A stretch of DNA of 64,000 bases from Octopus sinensis (taxonomy: Eukaryota), in contig NC_043018.1 in NCBI RefSeq assembly GCF_006345805.1, positions 12,090,001 through 12,154,000 of the forward strand. Direction: 5' to 3'. The notes under the pieces are model-generated. The model was not told where the DNA came from. It saw only the letters and a program-made list of their open reading frames with translations, and made no database searches. This document shows, piece by piece, positions 46,563-59,394 of this stretch. Within the stretch, counting starts at the first letter, position 1. Each line of letters opens with the position of its first letter. Made by a program: the position numbers and the translations under genes.

Positions 46563-47536
46563 CAAGTTCAAAATATAAAATGAAATTAAATTCAAAGATA
46601 GGAAACGCTGAAACATTCAAAATGAAACCAGAATAACTGTGTTTATTTCCAAGTAAAAGGATGTCATCAGTCTTCAGCCTTTCACAAAAGGTAGCAGAAG
46701 GAAGGAAGGAAAGAAAAAAAGAAAAAAAGACAGAAAAGAATTGAAGAAAAAATTATTCAGTCAAAAAGTTTATTATAAATATGATGGAATTCACCTGCCG
46801 TTTTATTAATTCTTCCAAGCTAATATGTCACCATTTTACAAATAAATCTATCCTCACGGGTTTTGAAGACTGAAGGAGCAGCGGAGTGAGGATATTTTTT
46901 GAGAATTTGCATCTTCAGGTCTTCCTCACCTGTTTCATGTGAAATGCTGCACAAGTTCCATGGAACCACTGTTATTGTGCCTGACTTCATACCTGCGTCT
47001 GTTAAATCTTTTTTGTAGTCATTCTGTTGTGCAACCAACAAAAATCATTTTGCGTTTGGTACATTCTGCTGCATACACCAAAAGGGAATCCTTACAGGTC
47101 CCTCCTTCTGTGTAATTCGTAACATTTCTGTTATAATTCAGGCACAATAACAGAGGTTCCACAGAACTTGTGGAGCATTTCCCATCAAACAGGTGTAGAT
47201 TTGAGGAAGATCTGAAAGGGCACATTCTCAAAAAATACCTTCAACCCACTGCACTTTGACTCCTCAGAAACCCATGAACTGTTGACATCTCAGTCTGAAG
47301 AATTAATAAAATGGCAGTTTGAATTCCACCATATTTATACTAAACTTTTTGACGGAATAATTCTTTTCCTTTTTTTTCTTTTTTCTTTCCTTCCTTCCTT
47401 CTGCTACTTTTTGTGAAAGACTGAAGACTGATGAGATCGTTTTACCTGGAAAGAAACACAGGTATTCCGGTTTAATTTTGAATGTTTCAGCGTTTCCTAT
47501 CTTTGAATTTAATTTCATTTTATATTTTGAACTTGT
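46563..47536. mobile_element. Penelope-like retroelement remnant with ~400-bp inverted arms
   Basis: 46563-46968 is the reverse complement of ~47155-47536. - strand reads TCKDSLLVYAAECTKRKMIFVGCT and LKMQILKK...TREDRFICKM (GIY-YIG with Cys motif). Confidence 0.8.
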
Positions 47537-48345
47537 TGGAGTGGCAGAAAATATGGAGTAAATGGTCAATGACAATATGAAACATTGGAATATGGAACTG
47601 ATTGGAGGAAAGCAAAAACTTGGGAAGGTGAACATCAGGTAAAGTATATTTCAAGATGATAGCTTATCTCCATTACTATTTGTACAGAGCTTTTGCAATC
47701 AACCAATTATAAATTTTGTAATCAACTAATTATAAATGCTGCAGAATTATTCCTTCAGTTGTATGGACTTGATGTTGAAACTTTATAATCCATGACCAAC
47801 TTAGATATTACTCATGCAGTGAAATAAAAGTTACTATTAAATGTTGCCTGGTGTTGCTATATCATTCGCATGCAGCGCCACATGCATAAAACCAACCAAC
47901 CAACCATGGCGCCGTGACAAAGTGGCATTATGGAATACAATGGGAGTTGTGCAGGAAGTGTGGACTAGAATGTCCCAGCAAGGGGCATGAGCACTGACCT
48001 TTGCCAGTAAAGGAAACTGATCAGGTGAAACTCAGGTGGGATATTCCTATCTACACAGATAAGAAGCTGCAACAGAACAGACCAGACATCACGGAAGACC
48101 GGAATATTGTGAAGACAGAGAACAAGGAAGTTGAAAAGTACCAAGAGCAAGCACTGGAAGTGAAATACATCCATAAAGCCTCAAAAGTAAGTGTGATACC
48201 AATCATGGTCAGTGCATTTGGGACCATCACAAGGAAAGCAATGTTCTGGTATGTAAAACCGAAAATACCAAACTTCATAGAAAGTACACAGTTGGCAGAA
48301 ATACTTGGAACAGCTCATGGGTTGAAGGAAGAGTTGCATCTGTAA
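47537..48345 (+). mobile_element. R4/NeSL-type (restriction-like endonuclease) LINE remnant
   Basis: GKVNIR*SIFQDDSLSPLLF (RT) and WDIPIYTDKKLQQNRPDI...KEVEKYQEQALEVK...VIPIMVSAFGTI (RLE domain). Confidence 0.8.
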
Positions 48346-48451
48346 GGAAGGAGCTGAAAAGTGACATAGGTAACCCAGATGAAAAGAACCTCCACCACCA
48401 CAAGAGGAGGAAGGGGAAGGGGTAGTAATGACAACAACAATAATAATTTAC

Positions 48452-48527
48452 CTGGTTAGGGTGTAAGCATACACAATTCACAGGAGCATTCCCAGCAAAC
48501 ATTCTTTGACTTTGAGGATTTCGAGAC
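48452..48527 (-). CDS. MLST8: mLST8 coding exon 4
   Basis: TTTTAG| (R)[25 protein letters not shown] |GTAAAT. Confidence 0.95.
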
Positions 48528-48554
48528 CTAAAACATAAAATCAAATGACAATAT

Positions 48555-48762
48555 TCTTTTCTACTCTGGGCACAAGGCCCGAAATTTTGGGGAAGTGGGC
48601 CAGTTGATTAGATCGACTTCAGTACGCAACTTTTACTTAATTTATCGCCCCCAGAAGGATGACAGGCACAGTCGACCTCGGCAGAATTTGAACTCAGAAC
48701 GTAAAGACAGACGAAATACCGCTAAGCAGTTCACCAGGCATGCTAACGTTTCTGCCAGCTCA
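48555..48762 (-). mobile_element. SINE family B
   Basis: Reverse complement of the 27763 copy; lies ~30 nt from the exon 4 acceptor. Confidence 0.85.
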
Positions 48763-50126
48763 CATATTAAAAAAAGGCAGGATGAAATATGTTCATCTAT
48801 TTTATAGGTGGATATCCCTTTTCTTCTACCTTTCCATTTACCCTAACCACCTCCTCACCATAAAGAGTTTATCTTAATATTTTAGTTATTACTGTTTTAA
48901 TACAGTTGATTAGCAAAGTCATTAAAACATCTAATTACAATAATTACTCCAGGTTTCTGCAATCTGAGTTCAAATCCTCCTGAGGTTCATTTCGCCTTTC
49001 AATGACTTGTCAGGTTCAATGAATGAAGTACCAGCCCAGTACTGGTACTTTATTGACAAATGTTAGTGACAGAAAGGGCATACAGCTGTAAAATGGTACC
49101 CCAGAAAAACCACTCAATCCAAGTGGTTCAGTGTTTTCTCTGGTAGCATTCAATATATCCTTTCTTTGCTAAGGTGGACAGTGTGATTTGACTTAGATTG
49201 GTTGCTATTTCAAGCAAGTCAAGTAGTTATATGGAGACTACCTCACTGGATTGTACAACTACATAGAAGCTAACATGTTGGATCCAGTGACCTCTTAGAG
49301 GTTACATTATGATGAAAACGTCTAACATAGATACTTATCAGTTCAGAAGCAATGACCTTTCTTAAGTATTACCAAATTTCTCTTCCTAGTTAATTCCAAA
49401 AATGGAGACTGTTTTACATGACTGAACAAAGTAAGAATTTTAAAGCAAAACAGCCAAATATGTTATGTTGTCGCTTATGAGTTTGAAACGAACCATTGGA
49501 CCAAATCCAACCTTCCCTTGTAAAATATATGTCAACAGAACCATTGATACAATATGTATATATATTTAAATCTCTCTTTTTGTTTGTTTAGTGAGTCAGT
49601 GAGGGGCGGGAGGACAAAGGCCAAACTCTTTTTGAACCTCGCCTCACGTGAAATCGACACCCAGCCTGAACAAGAAATCCACAGCCACAGAAATAAACCA
49701 AGGAGGAAGTCATTATGAGGTTGCTCAACCTGCTAGAAATAGCAGTCACATCTCCCGCAAACCACACTGTACTGTCTTAAAACAAAACGACCTAAAGACT
49801 ACAGTAGATAATGTTGTCCTAGATATACGATGAAAGGTGGGATGGCCACAATGGAAGTACTTTTGATCAGAAGTTAGCACTATAAATGTTGACCTGGGAT
49901 TAAACAACAATGTTTAGTCAAGGGTTTGGGGAGAAGGGCAACTTTCAGAATGTTTATACCCAGCCTCTTCCACTCATCATCATCATCACCAACTATTTTC
50001 CTTATGCTGGCATCGTGATGTTGTTGATGATGCATACATTTCACAGGACATTACGGCAGAGATAAGCACAAACTCATTCACGATGTTACTGTGGACACTC
50101 CAGCATAGGTCAAGCGTCCATCAAAC

Positions 50127-50213
50127 TGTTGCCTTATTGACTAGTTTTGTACAGACATAAAATGTTGCCTTATTGACTAGTTTTGTACAGACATAAAATG
50201 TTGCCTTATTGAC
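50127..50213. repeat. 36-bp tandem duplication (2.4 copies)
   Basis: TGTTGCCTTATTGACTAGTTTTGTACAGACATAAAA x2 plus a 15-nt partial copy. Confidence 0.9.
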
Positions 50214-50436
50214 CGGCTGAATGCAATGGAGGATCGGAATCACGAATGGTGGCATGATTGTCAGAAAGACCAGAACAGGCTCAACCAGGCAGCACAATTT
50301 GGGTAGGTCTGCGATACAACATCTTTCTTGTGTCTTGACAGGGAGTCAATACGTAAATTAAAGACAAAACAAATCGAAGGTTAGGGCAAAAAAGATACAC
50401 AAAAATTTTTTAAATGTTGGTCCCATCTTCACTCAC

Positions 50437-50599
50437 CGTTGGTCCCATATTCGGGTAGTCATGTCTTCGCCACCAGAATACATCCATTTACCATCTTCTT
50501 GGAATCCAACAGCAGTAACATTCTTACTTAAACCTTCATAATCTATTAATGGGCTTGAACTCTTGGAATTGATGTCAAACATTCGAATGTGCTGGAAAC
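50437..50599 (-). CDS. MLST8: mLST8 coding exon 3
   Basis: TACAG| (G)[53 protein letters not shown](R) |GTGAGT. Confidence 0.96.
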
Positions 50600-50655
50600 C
50601 TGTACCATAAAAGCAAAAGCAATGACACACACATTACATCATTGCATGCATATAC

Positions 50656-50687
<32 letters not shown>

Positions 50688-52148
50688 GTATATACATGCA
50701 CACAAATCATCATCATCATTTTAACCTCTACATTTCCATGCTTGCATGGGTCAGATGGAGTATAATGAGGCAAATGTTCTGTGGTTGGAACCTCTTCCTG
50801 TTGTCAACCCACAACAATTTCCAAGCAAGATATTTCCCTATGGCTAAACACGTTCTCAGAGGACGCTGGGACGAATGACGCTGCTTGTATGACAATGACC
50901 AGCCACGGCTATCACATGACCAGCCACAGCAGACACAAATGCATTTTACTCTTTCTAAATATACATATATTATTTTAATGTTTGTTTTTCATGTTCAGTT
51001 TATATTGGTTTCAAATTTTGACACAAGGCCAGCATTTTTAGGGGAGGCGTAAGTTGATTACATCAACTCAGTGTTCAACTGGTACTTATTTTATCAACTA
51101 CAAAGGATGAAAGGCAAAGTCAACCTCAGTGGAATTCCACTGAGACATTAGATAATGTACTCCTAGATACATTATGCGTGAAAAAAAAAAACTCCTAGAA
51201 AATATAGGATGGCCACAGCTAAGCCTTCTTTGGGTTGTAAGCCTTCTTGATCAGCATTGACCTGAGCGGCTGAATAACAACAACAGCAATAAACCACATA
51301 CTTTAGGACCGGAATCTTCTGGCAATATTAAATGGAATACAATAGAACGCCTTTAGAAATGACATATGCAACAGCAATGTACATATTCATATATATATGT
51401 AAGAATCTATTTTTGGAGAAATCAGACACGGGTCTGCTCCTGCAAAAAAAAAAAGGGAAGCGTGGTAATAATGTAATGTAAATGCTTCAGGTTCACATCC
51501 TTTGTCTGGTAAAAGAGAAAAAATAAAAAAACATTTACTCTTCTTTATCCTGACAAAGAGAGTAAGATTGATTGAAACAGTCTTAAACAAATGGAGACTT
51601 TTGTTTCAGCTCATTTATGTTCTGGGAGTAAATTCCACCAAGGTCAACATTGCCTTTCCTTTCTAGTGCTGATGGAAATAAAGTATTTGTCTAGAGTGGT
51701 AAATAGCAAAATTGTTTGTTAGAGCATTGTATAAAATGTCTTGAAGTCATTTGTACCAGCTCTTTACATTCTGTGTTCAAATCCTACCCAGGGCAACTAT
51801 GCCGTTCTCCCTTCCAGGGTCAATTAAAAAAATACCAGTGTAACAGTAGAATTATCAGAGCATTTTGTAGTATCCGTTGCAGCTCTTTACATTCTAATTT
51901 CTCAGGTAATCTGGTCTCTAACCAACCACATGGTGCCTTTAAAAAAAGCACCTGAAGGAATACAACAGAAAACCACCTTTGTATTCTTCCATGAAGATTT
52001 TAAGACAAGCACACAGAAATTATCAAGTAAGTTATTGCCATACAATGCCTTGGGTGTTTTATGAAATTTCCCTAAACCATGAATGGTTAATACAAAGCAA
52101 ATATAAACAAAATCAAAGAAAGAAAAAAGAAAAATATTCAATACATAC

Positions 52149-52200
52149 CAGCTCCGGCCACAAACTGCCTGTCTGGAGTTATTTCTAAATCATTTACTTG
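52149..52200 (-). CDS. MLST8: mLST8 coding exon 2
   Basis: TTCAG| QVNDLEITPDRQFVAGA(G) |GTATGT; 52 nt; corresponds to QVNALEVTPDRSMIAAAG of vertebrate LST8. Confidence 0.93.
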
Positions 52201-52998
52201 CTGAAGAAAAGCAGTTAAGGAATGGAATTTTTTAAAAAATCACAAAGAGTTAAGTGCAAAGGGTCCTCCTCTTCTAGCAGTCACCACATCACCCACACTC
52301 CCAATTCTCCTGTTCCCCTTCCCCACTCCCATTTTCCTTGTACCTTCACTGTCCGCCCTGACACCTCATCATCACTATTTCATTTCTCTTTCCAGCCCCA
52401 CCTCAACTGCTCCCACTAACTTTTCTATAAGAAGAAGGGCCATGCAGCTCCTCAACAGCAAGAAACCTCCTCTAGTGGCCTTTTTTCACATTTTGATTTC
52501 TCGTCCCCTAGTTTTAAGCTGCCTCTCTCTACTGTAGGCCCTCATCTGATGGGGATTTCAGTCTTGCAAATTGCATGGAAACCTCATTGGTATTGGTGCC
52601 AGATAAGAACAGCACCAAGTCGACACTGCAAAGTGGTTAGTATTGGGAACCAAGAAGGCCACCCAGCAACAGGGACCATGCTAAGCAGACATTGTAGAAC
52701 AAAGCAGTTCCTGGACCTGTCAAGATCTTGTCAAACCATCCAACCCACGTCAAATGTTTCATTTTCTTCTTATTCCTCACTTTTACAAATATTTAACATC
52801 ATTTACACTCTTTTAAGTTTTACAATAAATTGGGGCTGCCCTACCTCTTGTACATTGTCTGTACCTAGCACCCAAATTAAAGTTTTTTTAAAGGACTCAG
52901 TGATAAGTAAATTATAAAATGTTCAAGAACATCAAAAGGACTTGATCTACTCTGTGTGTGTGTGTATGTATATATATATATATACACACACACATATA

Positions 52999-53835
52999 CA
53001 GGGTGCAGTGGGAAAACTGTTGTCTAAATTACGCAAATATGAAAACAACACGGACATCTCATTTTAACAGATATATTTACCAAAATGACAAAAATATCTG
53101 GAAATATTAATGAGTAAATTTATTCAATAAAAATTGCCATTGGCTTCAACTACAGCCTCCAGATGACTATGGAATCTCGTGCAACTCTTCTGGATGGTCT
53201 CCTTGTTTAAGTTGGTGAATGCTGCCATAATCCTTGCCTTCAGTTCATCTTTGGTGTTACAAGGAGTTTTGTTGATTTCCCACTCAACTGCACCCCCCAC
53301 AAAACCAAGGGACTTTCAGTGTGGGGAGTTAGGTGGCCAGATGTTAGGGGTGATGTGGTTGCAGAGATTGTCTGACAGCCATGACTGGGTTTTCCTGTTT
53401 GTGTGGCGTGGTGCAGAGTCCTGTTGCCAGACACAGGGTCTTTCAGCAGCCACCCTCTCAACCCAGGCATTTGTAGGCCTCTGTGTTGAGTCTGAGGCCA
53501 TGTGAGAAGATGAATAGAGGTATAATGTCGCCATCACTAGTGATGGCTGCAAACCCCATGATGTTTGATTTTTATCACTCTAGGTACATGTCCTCAGGTT
53601 GCGTCGTCCTCAGATTGACACCCAAACACTCTGAAATGTTTGTATTGGAGCTTCCAGCATGAATGCCAAGCAGTACAGCATGTCATTTCCAAATTTTTGG
53701 CAGGGTGAATTGAGTCATGATGCTGTTTTCCTCATAGACAGTACCCAACTGACCCTCTATACTGTGTAGCGGACAAAATGAAAAACAATGTGCATGTGTA
53801 AAATGAAAAATATAAAATGGCAACAATTTACCCTG
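52999..53835 (-). mobile_element. Internally deleted maT/DD37D-like DNA transposon
   Basis: TA|CAGGGT ... ACCCTG|TA ends; VWQQDSAPRHTNRKTQSWLSDNLCNHITPNIWPPNSP. Confidence 0.85.
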
Positions 53836-53842
53836 TATATAC

Positions 53843-54686
53843 ACAAGGAGCATTCCGAAAGTTTTGAAACTTTTTTCTGGAGGGACATTTTATAGTTTCA
53901 AAGCACAAAACCCTAATTTCTTTGAAAGTAGAATACTTTGACTTCAGTGCATATGTTGTGGCACATCACCCACTTCGTGTAGGCCTTGATGGAAGTTCTC
54001 GTAAGCAAAGGGGTCCAGAATCCTTGTTACAGCCTCCTTCGTTTTCTCCTTCAGCTTGGGGAACAACCAAAAGTCACAGCGAGCAAGGTCTGGACTGTGG
54101 AAAGGATGCGGGACAGTTTTGATACCGATTTCTGTCAAATAGTTGGTTACCAGGATGGAATTGTGAACGAATGCATGTGCTGTTGACCTGAGTGGAAGAG
54201 TTCTGGCATTTTGCGATGAAATCCCTTCTTGAACTCCCTCAAAACCTCCACAATGTACTTTTTGTTGATTGTCAAGCCAGAGGGCGCCCAGTGGATGTCG
54301 AAGTCAAAAAAGAGGATTAACTCCATCTTCCTAGTAGACCTATTTGCCTGGCCTCTTACGGCAAAGGAAAACATACACTTAGCTCGTACAGTGTTTCATA
54401 AGTTGCTGTAGTGTTTCTGCCCAGTTTAACACAAAACTTTATTGCATAAACAGCTTCCAAATTTTCTTCACATTCCAACTACATTCTGAAAACTAGTCAG
54501 CTGTGAAAAGCAATGGCTAGTAGAATGTGTTTAAAGTGCTGTTACAGATGTCCCCTTCTATCAAGAATAACAAAACATGGCAGGTCACCTTATTAGATGT
54601 TTAGTTACAATAAAATTACATTAATCTAAGACATTTATGACTGCTTCTCCTAAAAAAGCCCAAAGCTTATGCAGTGCACCCTCTGT
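53843..54686 (-). mobile_element. mariner (DD34D-like) relic
   Basis: LILFFD...PSGLTINKKYIVEVLREF...RKMPELF; VPHPFHSPDLARCDFWLFPKLKE. Confidence 0.85.
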
Positions 54687-54692
54687 GTGTGT

Positions 54693-54866
54693 GTGTCCAT
54701 TATAACCTTCGAACAGAGGAGGTCAGGCATCTACAGACATGTTTTAGGGTATCTGCCCTTTGTTAATGCATTGATAAAGGGCAAATACCCTGAAACATGT
54801 CTGTAGATGCCTGACCAGCAAGGGAAAGCGGCTGACCTCCCCTATTCAAAGGTTATAACGGACACA
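54693..54866. repeat. Palindromic Penelope-type terminus with degenerate hammerhead core
   Basis: 48-bp arms 54721..54816 centred on ATGCAT, plus outer arms GTGTCCATTATAACCTT / AAGGTTATAACGGACAC. Confidence 0.75.
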
Positions 54867-57617
54867 GGTTCGTGTGTCATATAGCTAGCTAGAGGTGATG
54901 GCCTCTTGGAGCTAATCAACAGCAGCTTCCATCCTATATTTATGGACTGCCATAATAGCTTGGCGATAACTGTTAATATCTAGTACCGCTGCCATAGTCT
55001 AGGGTACATTTATTCTTCCAAATGTTCAAACTGGTCATTCACCAACCTTATGAAAGGCTTGTTGTAAAAATGGGCATGGCCCTTATACAAGAATATGTAT
55101 GCATTACGTGACAGTATACTACTTGTATATTTGTATCTCACTCAAAAATCCTGCTACACTAATTTTATTTTATTCTATGTTGTTGCTGGAAAAGTATATT
55201 AAAATCTCCAAATTTTCGTTTCATTGTTTCTAAGTATACTGACCCCAGTACTGAACTTCTACTTTAAGTTGTCTGCCGCAGGATTTGCCCTCAAAACGTA
55301 AAGAGCAGCGACTAAAAACTTGCTTAGACATTTCGACCAACACTTAAAAGGTTCTGCCAATCCACCGTCTTAATAATAATTGTTCATAATTTAGATCCAG
55401 GGATAACTTTGAGGGGAGGGGATCAGTCGACCATAGTGCTCGATTGGTACTTTATTTTATGCTCCCCGGCAGGATGAAAACTAAAGTTAACCTCTGCAGA
55501 ATTTGAACACAAAACTTGATACCTACAACAAATACTTTTCATTGTAGGCACAAGGCCTGAAATTTTGGGTTAATTACATAGACCCCAGTGCTCAGCTGGT
55601 ACTTATTTCGAGGTCGACTTTGCTTTTCACCCCGAAAGGAGGAAAAGCAAAGTCGACCTCGGCGGAATTGAACTCAGAGCGGCGTGCTAACGATCCGGCT
55701 AACTCGCCGCCTCCAGCTACAACAAATACTGCAAGGAATTTTTGCTCGACGCTGATGATTCTACCCATCTACCACCCGTTTTTGTTTTGTAATAATAAAA
55801 AGATAGTTTTCGAAATTATTTTTTAATTAATGTCTTAGTTCACTCTTCAATCAAAAGGGAGGCAAGTGTTCTGGCCAAGGTGCTCCAAGAGTCGCAGACA
55901 CACACGCAACCCTCTCTCTCTCTGCCTTTTATTTTGTGTGTTTTGCAGATTTTGAAAGGCAAAGTACAAGTATTTAGTTAGGACATCTATGTTCTGATTT
56001 CAAATCCTGTCAGAATTAAACTTCGCCATTCAAACTTCTGCGAATCGATGAATGAGAAACCATTTAGGAGCAAAATGTGAACTTTTGCTTTGCCCTCCCC
56101 ACAAAATCTAAAGAATTAAGCGTACATTCGAAATTATTGTTATTAAATAATAAATCAGACACGAAATCAATAAAATAGCTATAAAGACGCCGGTGGATTT
56201 CTTTTAGCAGACTTTTCTATTACAGTAATGCAGTTTTTATATCTTACATATAAGTTAAATGTAAAACATTTATAAGTTATATATATGGTGTTGTATCATA
56301 TAACACCAAATACACGAACAGTTATTTAATTCTAACAGAGTTAGGAAAACTCGGATTATTCTATCCATTATAACAACGGAAGCGTGATTTGGCTGTTATT
56401 TCTGAACAGGTCAAACATAAGGTTGACCCTGATTAAAATACACAATGGGATTATTATACAGAAATCTAAGATTAAAGCAATAGAAACTCATCAGATTATT
56501 ATTTTGCCCCGCATTACTTGAAACTAAATAGATTTTTTTAGAACATATGTGTAAAAAAAATAATTTTAAAAAAAACGGGGCCACGTTGAGGCAATTATTG
56601 AAATTCAGATAATAAACATAAAACTAAACGAAAAGTAAATAAATCTTTAAAACAAATAAACACAATGGATTTAACATTTTCTCGCTCGTTCATTGTATTT
56701 TGTTGTATTTTGCTTTTTCAGAGATTTATTATTTCTCAACGTTGTTTTTAAGCAAACACAAGTCAGAGCTTATCGAGCAAATATAAGGCAATCCCGTTGT
56801 GACCAACTCAACTTTCTATTTAGATATAAACATGTGTCTAAAGACATTATCTAAAATGCTTTTTCCTTTCAAAAAATGAAGTTTGGCTGCTATGTCTAGC
56901 AAATTAACTGACGTAGAATGAAGCCAACTAATTTTCGTAACTTTTTGCGTAGAACAAAATTAAATATACACAAATATTTCGTTTGTTTGGTTAAGTTGTG
57001 ATTTCGACACATTTTTTTAATGTTGTTTAGAATAGAAAAGAAATAAATGTAAAATATTTGGTTAAACCAAAATATTTGTTTAATATTAGAAAAATTCTAA
57101 CAAAAGAATTGGATTTCTTTCCTCATTTTCCTGCCTCGAATTATGTCGACATAATTATCTTGGAGATAATTCTCTCGTCTTTAATCTCAATCTTAAAATA
57201 TTAGGCACAAATCTATTATTATCTCGTTTATTTTCGTCCCCTTATTTCTGACTCTTGAGGGAAATAAAGAAAAACCACCAAAATCGTTAATATTTCCACA
57301 AAAGGCGACAGAATAAAGTTCTGGGCTGGTTTGATCTAAAAGCATGCTGGATGTAAAATGCAATTTAAAAGACGGAAATTTTAAACCAAAAATCCATAAA
57401 ATGCTACAAAAACAAACAATAAACAATAAAGATATCAGTAAAAAAAAAAATATATACATATGTGTGTAAGATTTGCAGCGTGTATAAGCATGTGCGTGTA
57501 TATATGTATATATATATATACAGAAACACACATGTAAACGCGTGTGCATGTATATATATTGTATATATATACTGTGTATGCATGTGTATGAATGTATTTA
57601 TATATGTTTATGGATAC

Positions 57618-57800
57618 AGAATCAGTGAACTGGACGGTGCGACTACACACGCCGCTGTAGGCATGCCAAAACCTTATACCATGGTCGTATCCTCCAGTCA
57701 CCAAAATGACAGGGTCTGCAGAATTGGGTGGGTTGTTCATGGAAGCCTCTTCTACTCTTCGTCGTACGTATTCACCTCGCATCCTTCTCTGATCACTCAT
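57618..57800 (-). CDS. MLST8: mLST8 coding exon 1 (target of rapamycin complex subunit LST8)
   Basis: [61 protein letters not shown]. The ATG at 57740 aligns with the vertebrate start. The nine joined exons give 337 aa (317 aa from 57740) without internal stops. Confidence 0.93.
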
Positions 57801-58039
57801 CACCTACAACGACGAGCAAAAACGCTGCCAGAATTCAAAGGTAAAAATAACAAAACTGAAACGGAGACGGAGGGAGGAATGAGGAGCGTGTACGTACAGT
57901 TACACATTCACACACGCAACCACCAACTTCCTCGTACGTACGGACACAGAAACTATTACACGCACATGCATATTTATAAGGAAACACTGGCTCTTGAGAA
58001 CACACAAAAAGAAATAGGCACGTATTGTAATAGGTGTAT

Positions 58040-58383
58040 GTAAATGTATGTATTATGTGTATATATATATATTTATGTATATATGTTTATGTATATATAT
58101 ATTTATGTTTATGTTTATGTATATATATATGTTAATGTATATATATATATTTATGTATATAGGAAAAATAGAACTGAAGATATGTGTATATGTATATTTT
58201 TATTAATATTTAGCAGAAACAACAAAATGGTTCAAGGTCTCAGAGTTCCGTACGTTGACAATTATCAAATTTTGGTTAAGTGCCAACTCACGTACACCTA
58301 TATAGTGCCCCAGCATGGCCACAGCATTTGGACTGAAACGCATAAAATATATGTATATGTATGTATATTTAAACACACACATG

Positions 58384-58424
<41 letters not shown>

Positions 58425-58500
58425 ATCATACATATAAATATATATATACGTATAAATATACATGTAAACATACATAGATAAATATATTTATATTTATATA
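58040..58500. repeat. TA-rich microsatellite tract with a SINE fragment
   Basis: (TA)n/(TATG)n runs. Confidence 0.85.
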
Positions 58501-58504
58501 CTCT

Positions 58505-58954
58505 TTACTCTCTTTTAGTTCTTTCAGTCATTTGACTGCGGCCATGCTGGAGCACCACCTTTAGTCGAGCAAATTGACCCCAGGACTTATTCTTTATAAG
58601 CCTAGTATTTATTCTATCAGGCTCTTTTGCTGAACCGCTATGTTACAGGGACATAAACACACCAGCATCGGTTGTCAAGCGATGTTGGGGGGACAAACAC
58701 AGACACACAAGCATAAACACACACATACATAATACATAAGCACCAACCTACGTGGCCATTGCCAGCCTCGCCTGGCAAGTAAAAAGCACTCATGGAGTGG
58801 TTGGCGTTAGGAAGGGCATCCAGCTGTAGAAACGCTGCCAGATCAGACTGGGCCTGGTGCAGCCTCCTGGCTTCCCAGATCCCGGTCGAACCGTCAATCC
58901 CATGCTAGCATGGAAAGCGGACGTTAAACGATGATGATGATGATGATATATATA

Positions 58955-58995
<41 letters not shown>

Positions 58996-59150
58996 TATAT
59001 ATATACAACAGGCTTCTTTCAGTTTCCGTCTACCAAATCCACTCACAAGGCTTTGGTTGGCCTGAGGCTATAGTAGAAGACACTTGCCCAAGGTGCCACA
59101 TAGTGGGACTGAACCCAGAACCATGTGGCTGGTAAGCAAGCTACTTTATT
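58505..59150 (-). mobile_element. SINE family A interrupted by a + strand family-C insertion (~58740-58946)
   Basis: 3' part 58505-58730, C tail ending (GAT)n, TA run, then head 59005-59150. Confidence 0.8.
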
Positions 59151-59394
59151 TTATTCAATTTGCCATAAAGGCAGTACATTGAGTAAGGTAGCTTGCAGGC
59201 TGAATATGGACATTAATGAGGTGAATGATAATGATACAAGGATGATAAGGATGGGAGAAGATAAAAAGCACCCACTGACTTTTGCTTCTCTAAAACATTG
59301 TTCTTTTTAAAACCACTGAATGAGGTATGAACCCTCTTACAATTTTATTACACTTTATGGACTAAAAAGTCCATTACAATTATAAACAATTTAA

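Larger units (their letters stand above)
52201..57617 (-). other. U12-type (minor spliceosome) GT-AG intron of mLST8
   Basis: 5' splice site GTATCCAT (57617..57610); branch site TTCCTTAAC (52222..52214), 13 nt before the 3' junction. Confidence 0.85.

Noticed and set aside
50127-50213. 36-bp direct repeats resembling a CRISPR repeat in length
   Set aside because: Head-to-tail with no spacers, eukaryotic intron, no cas genes; a simple tandem duplication.
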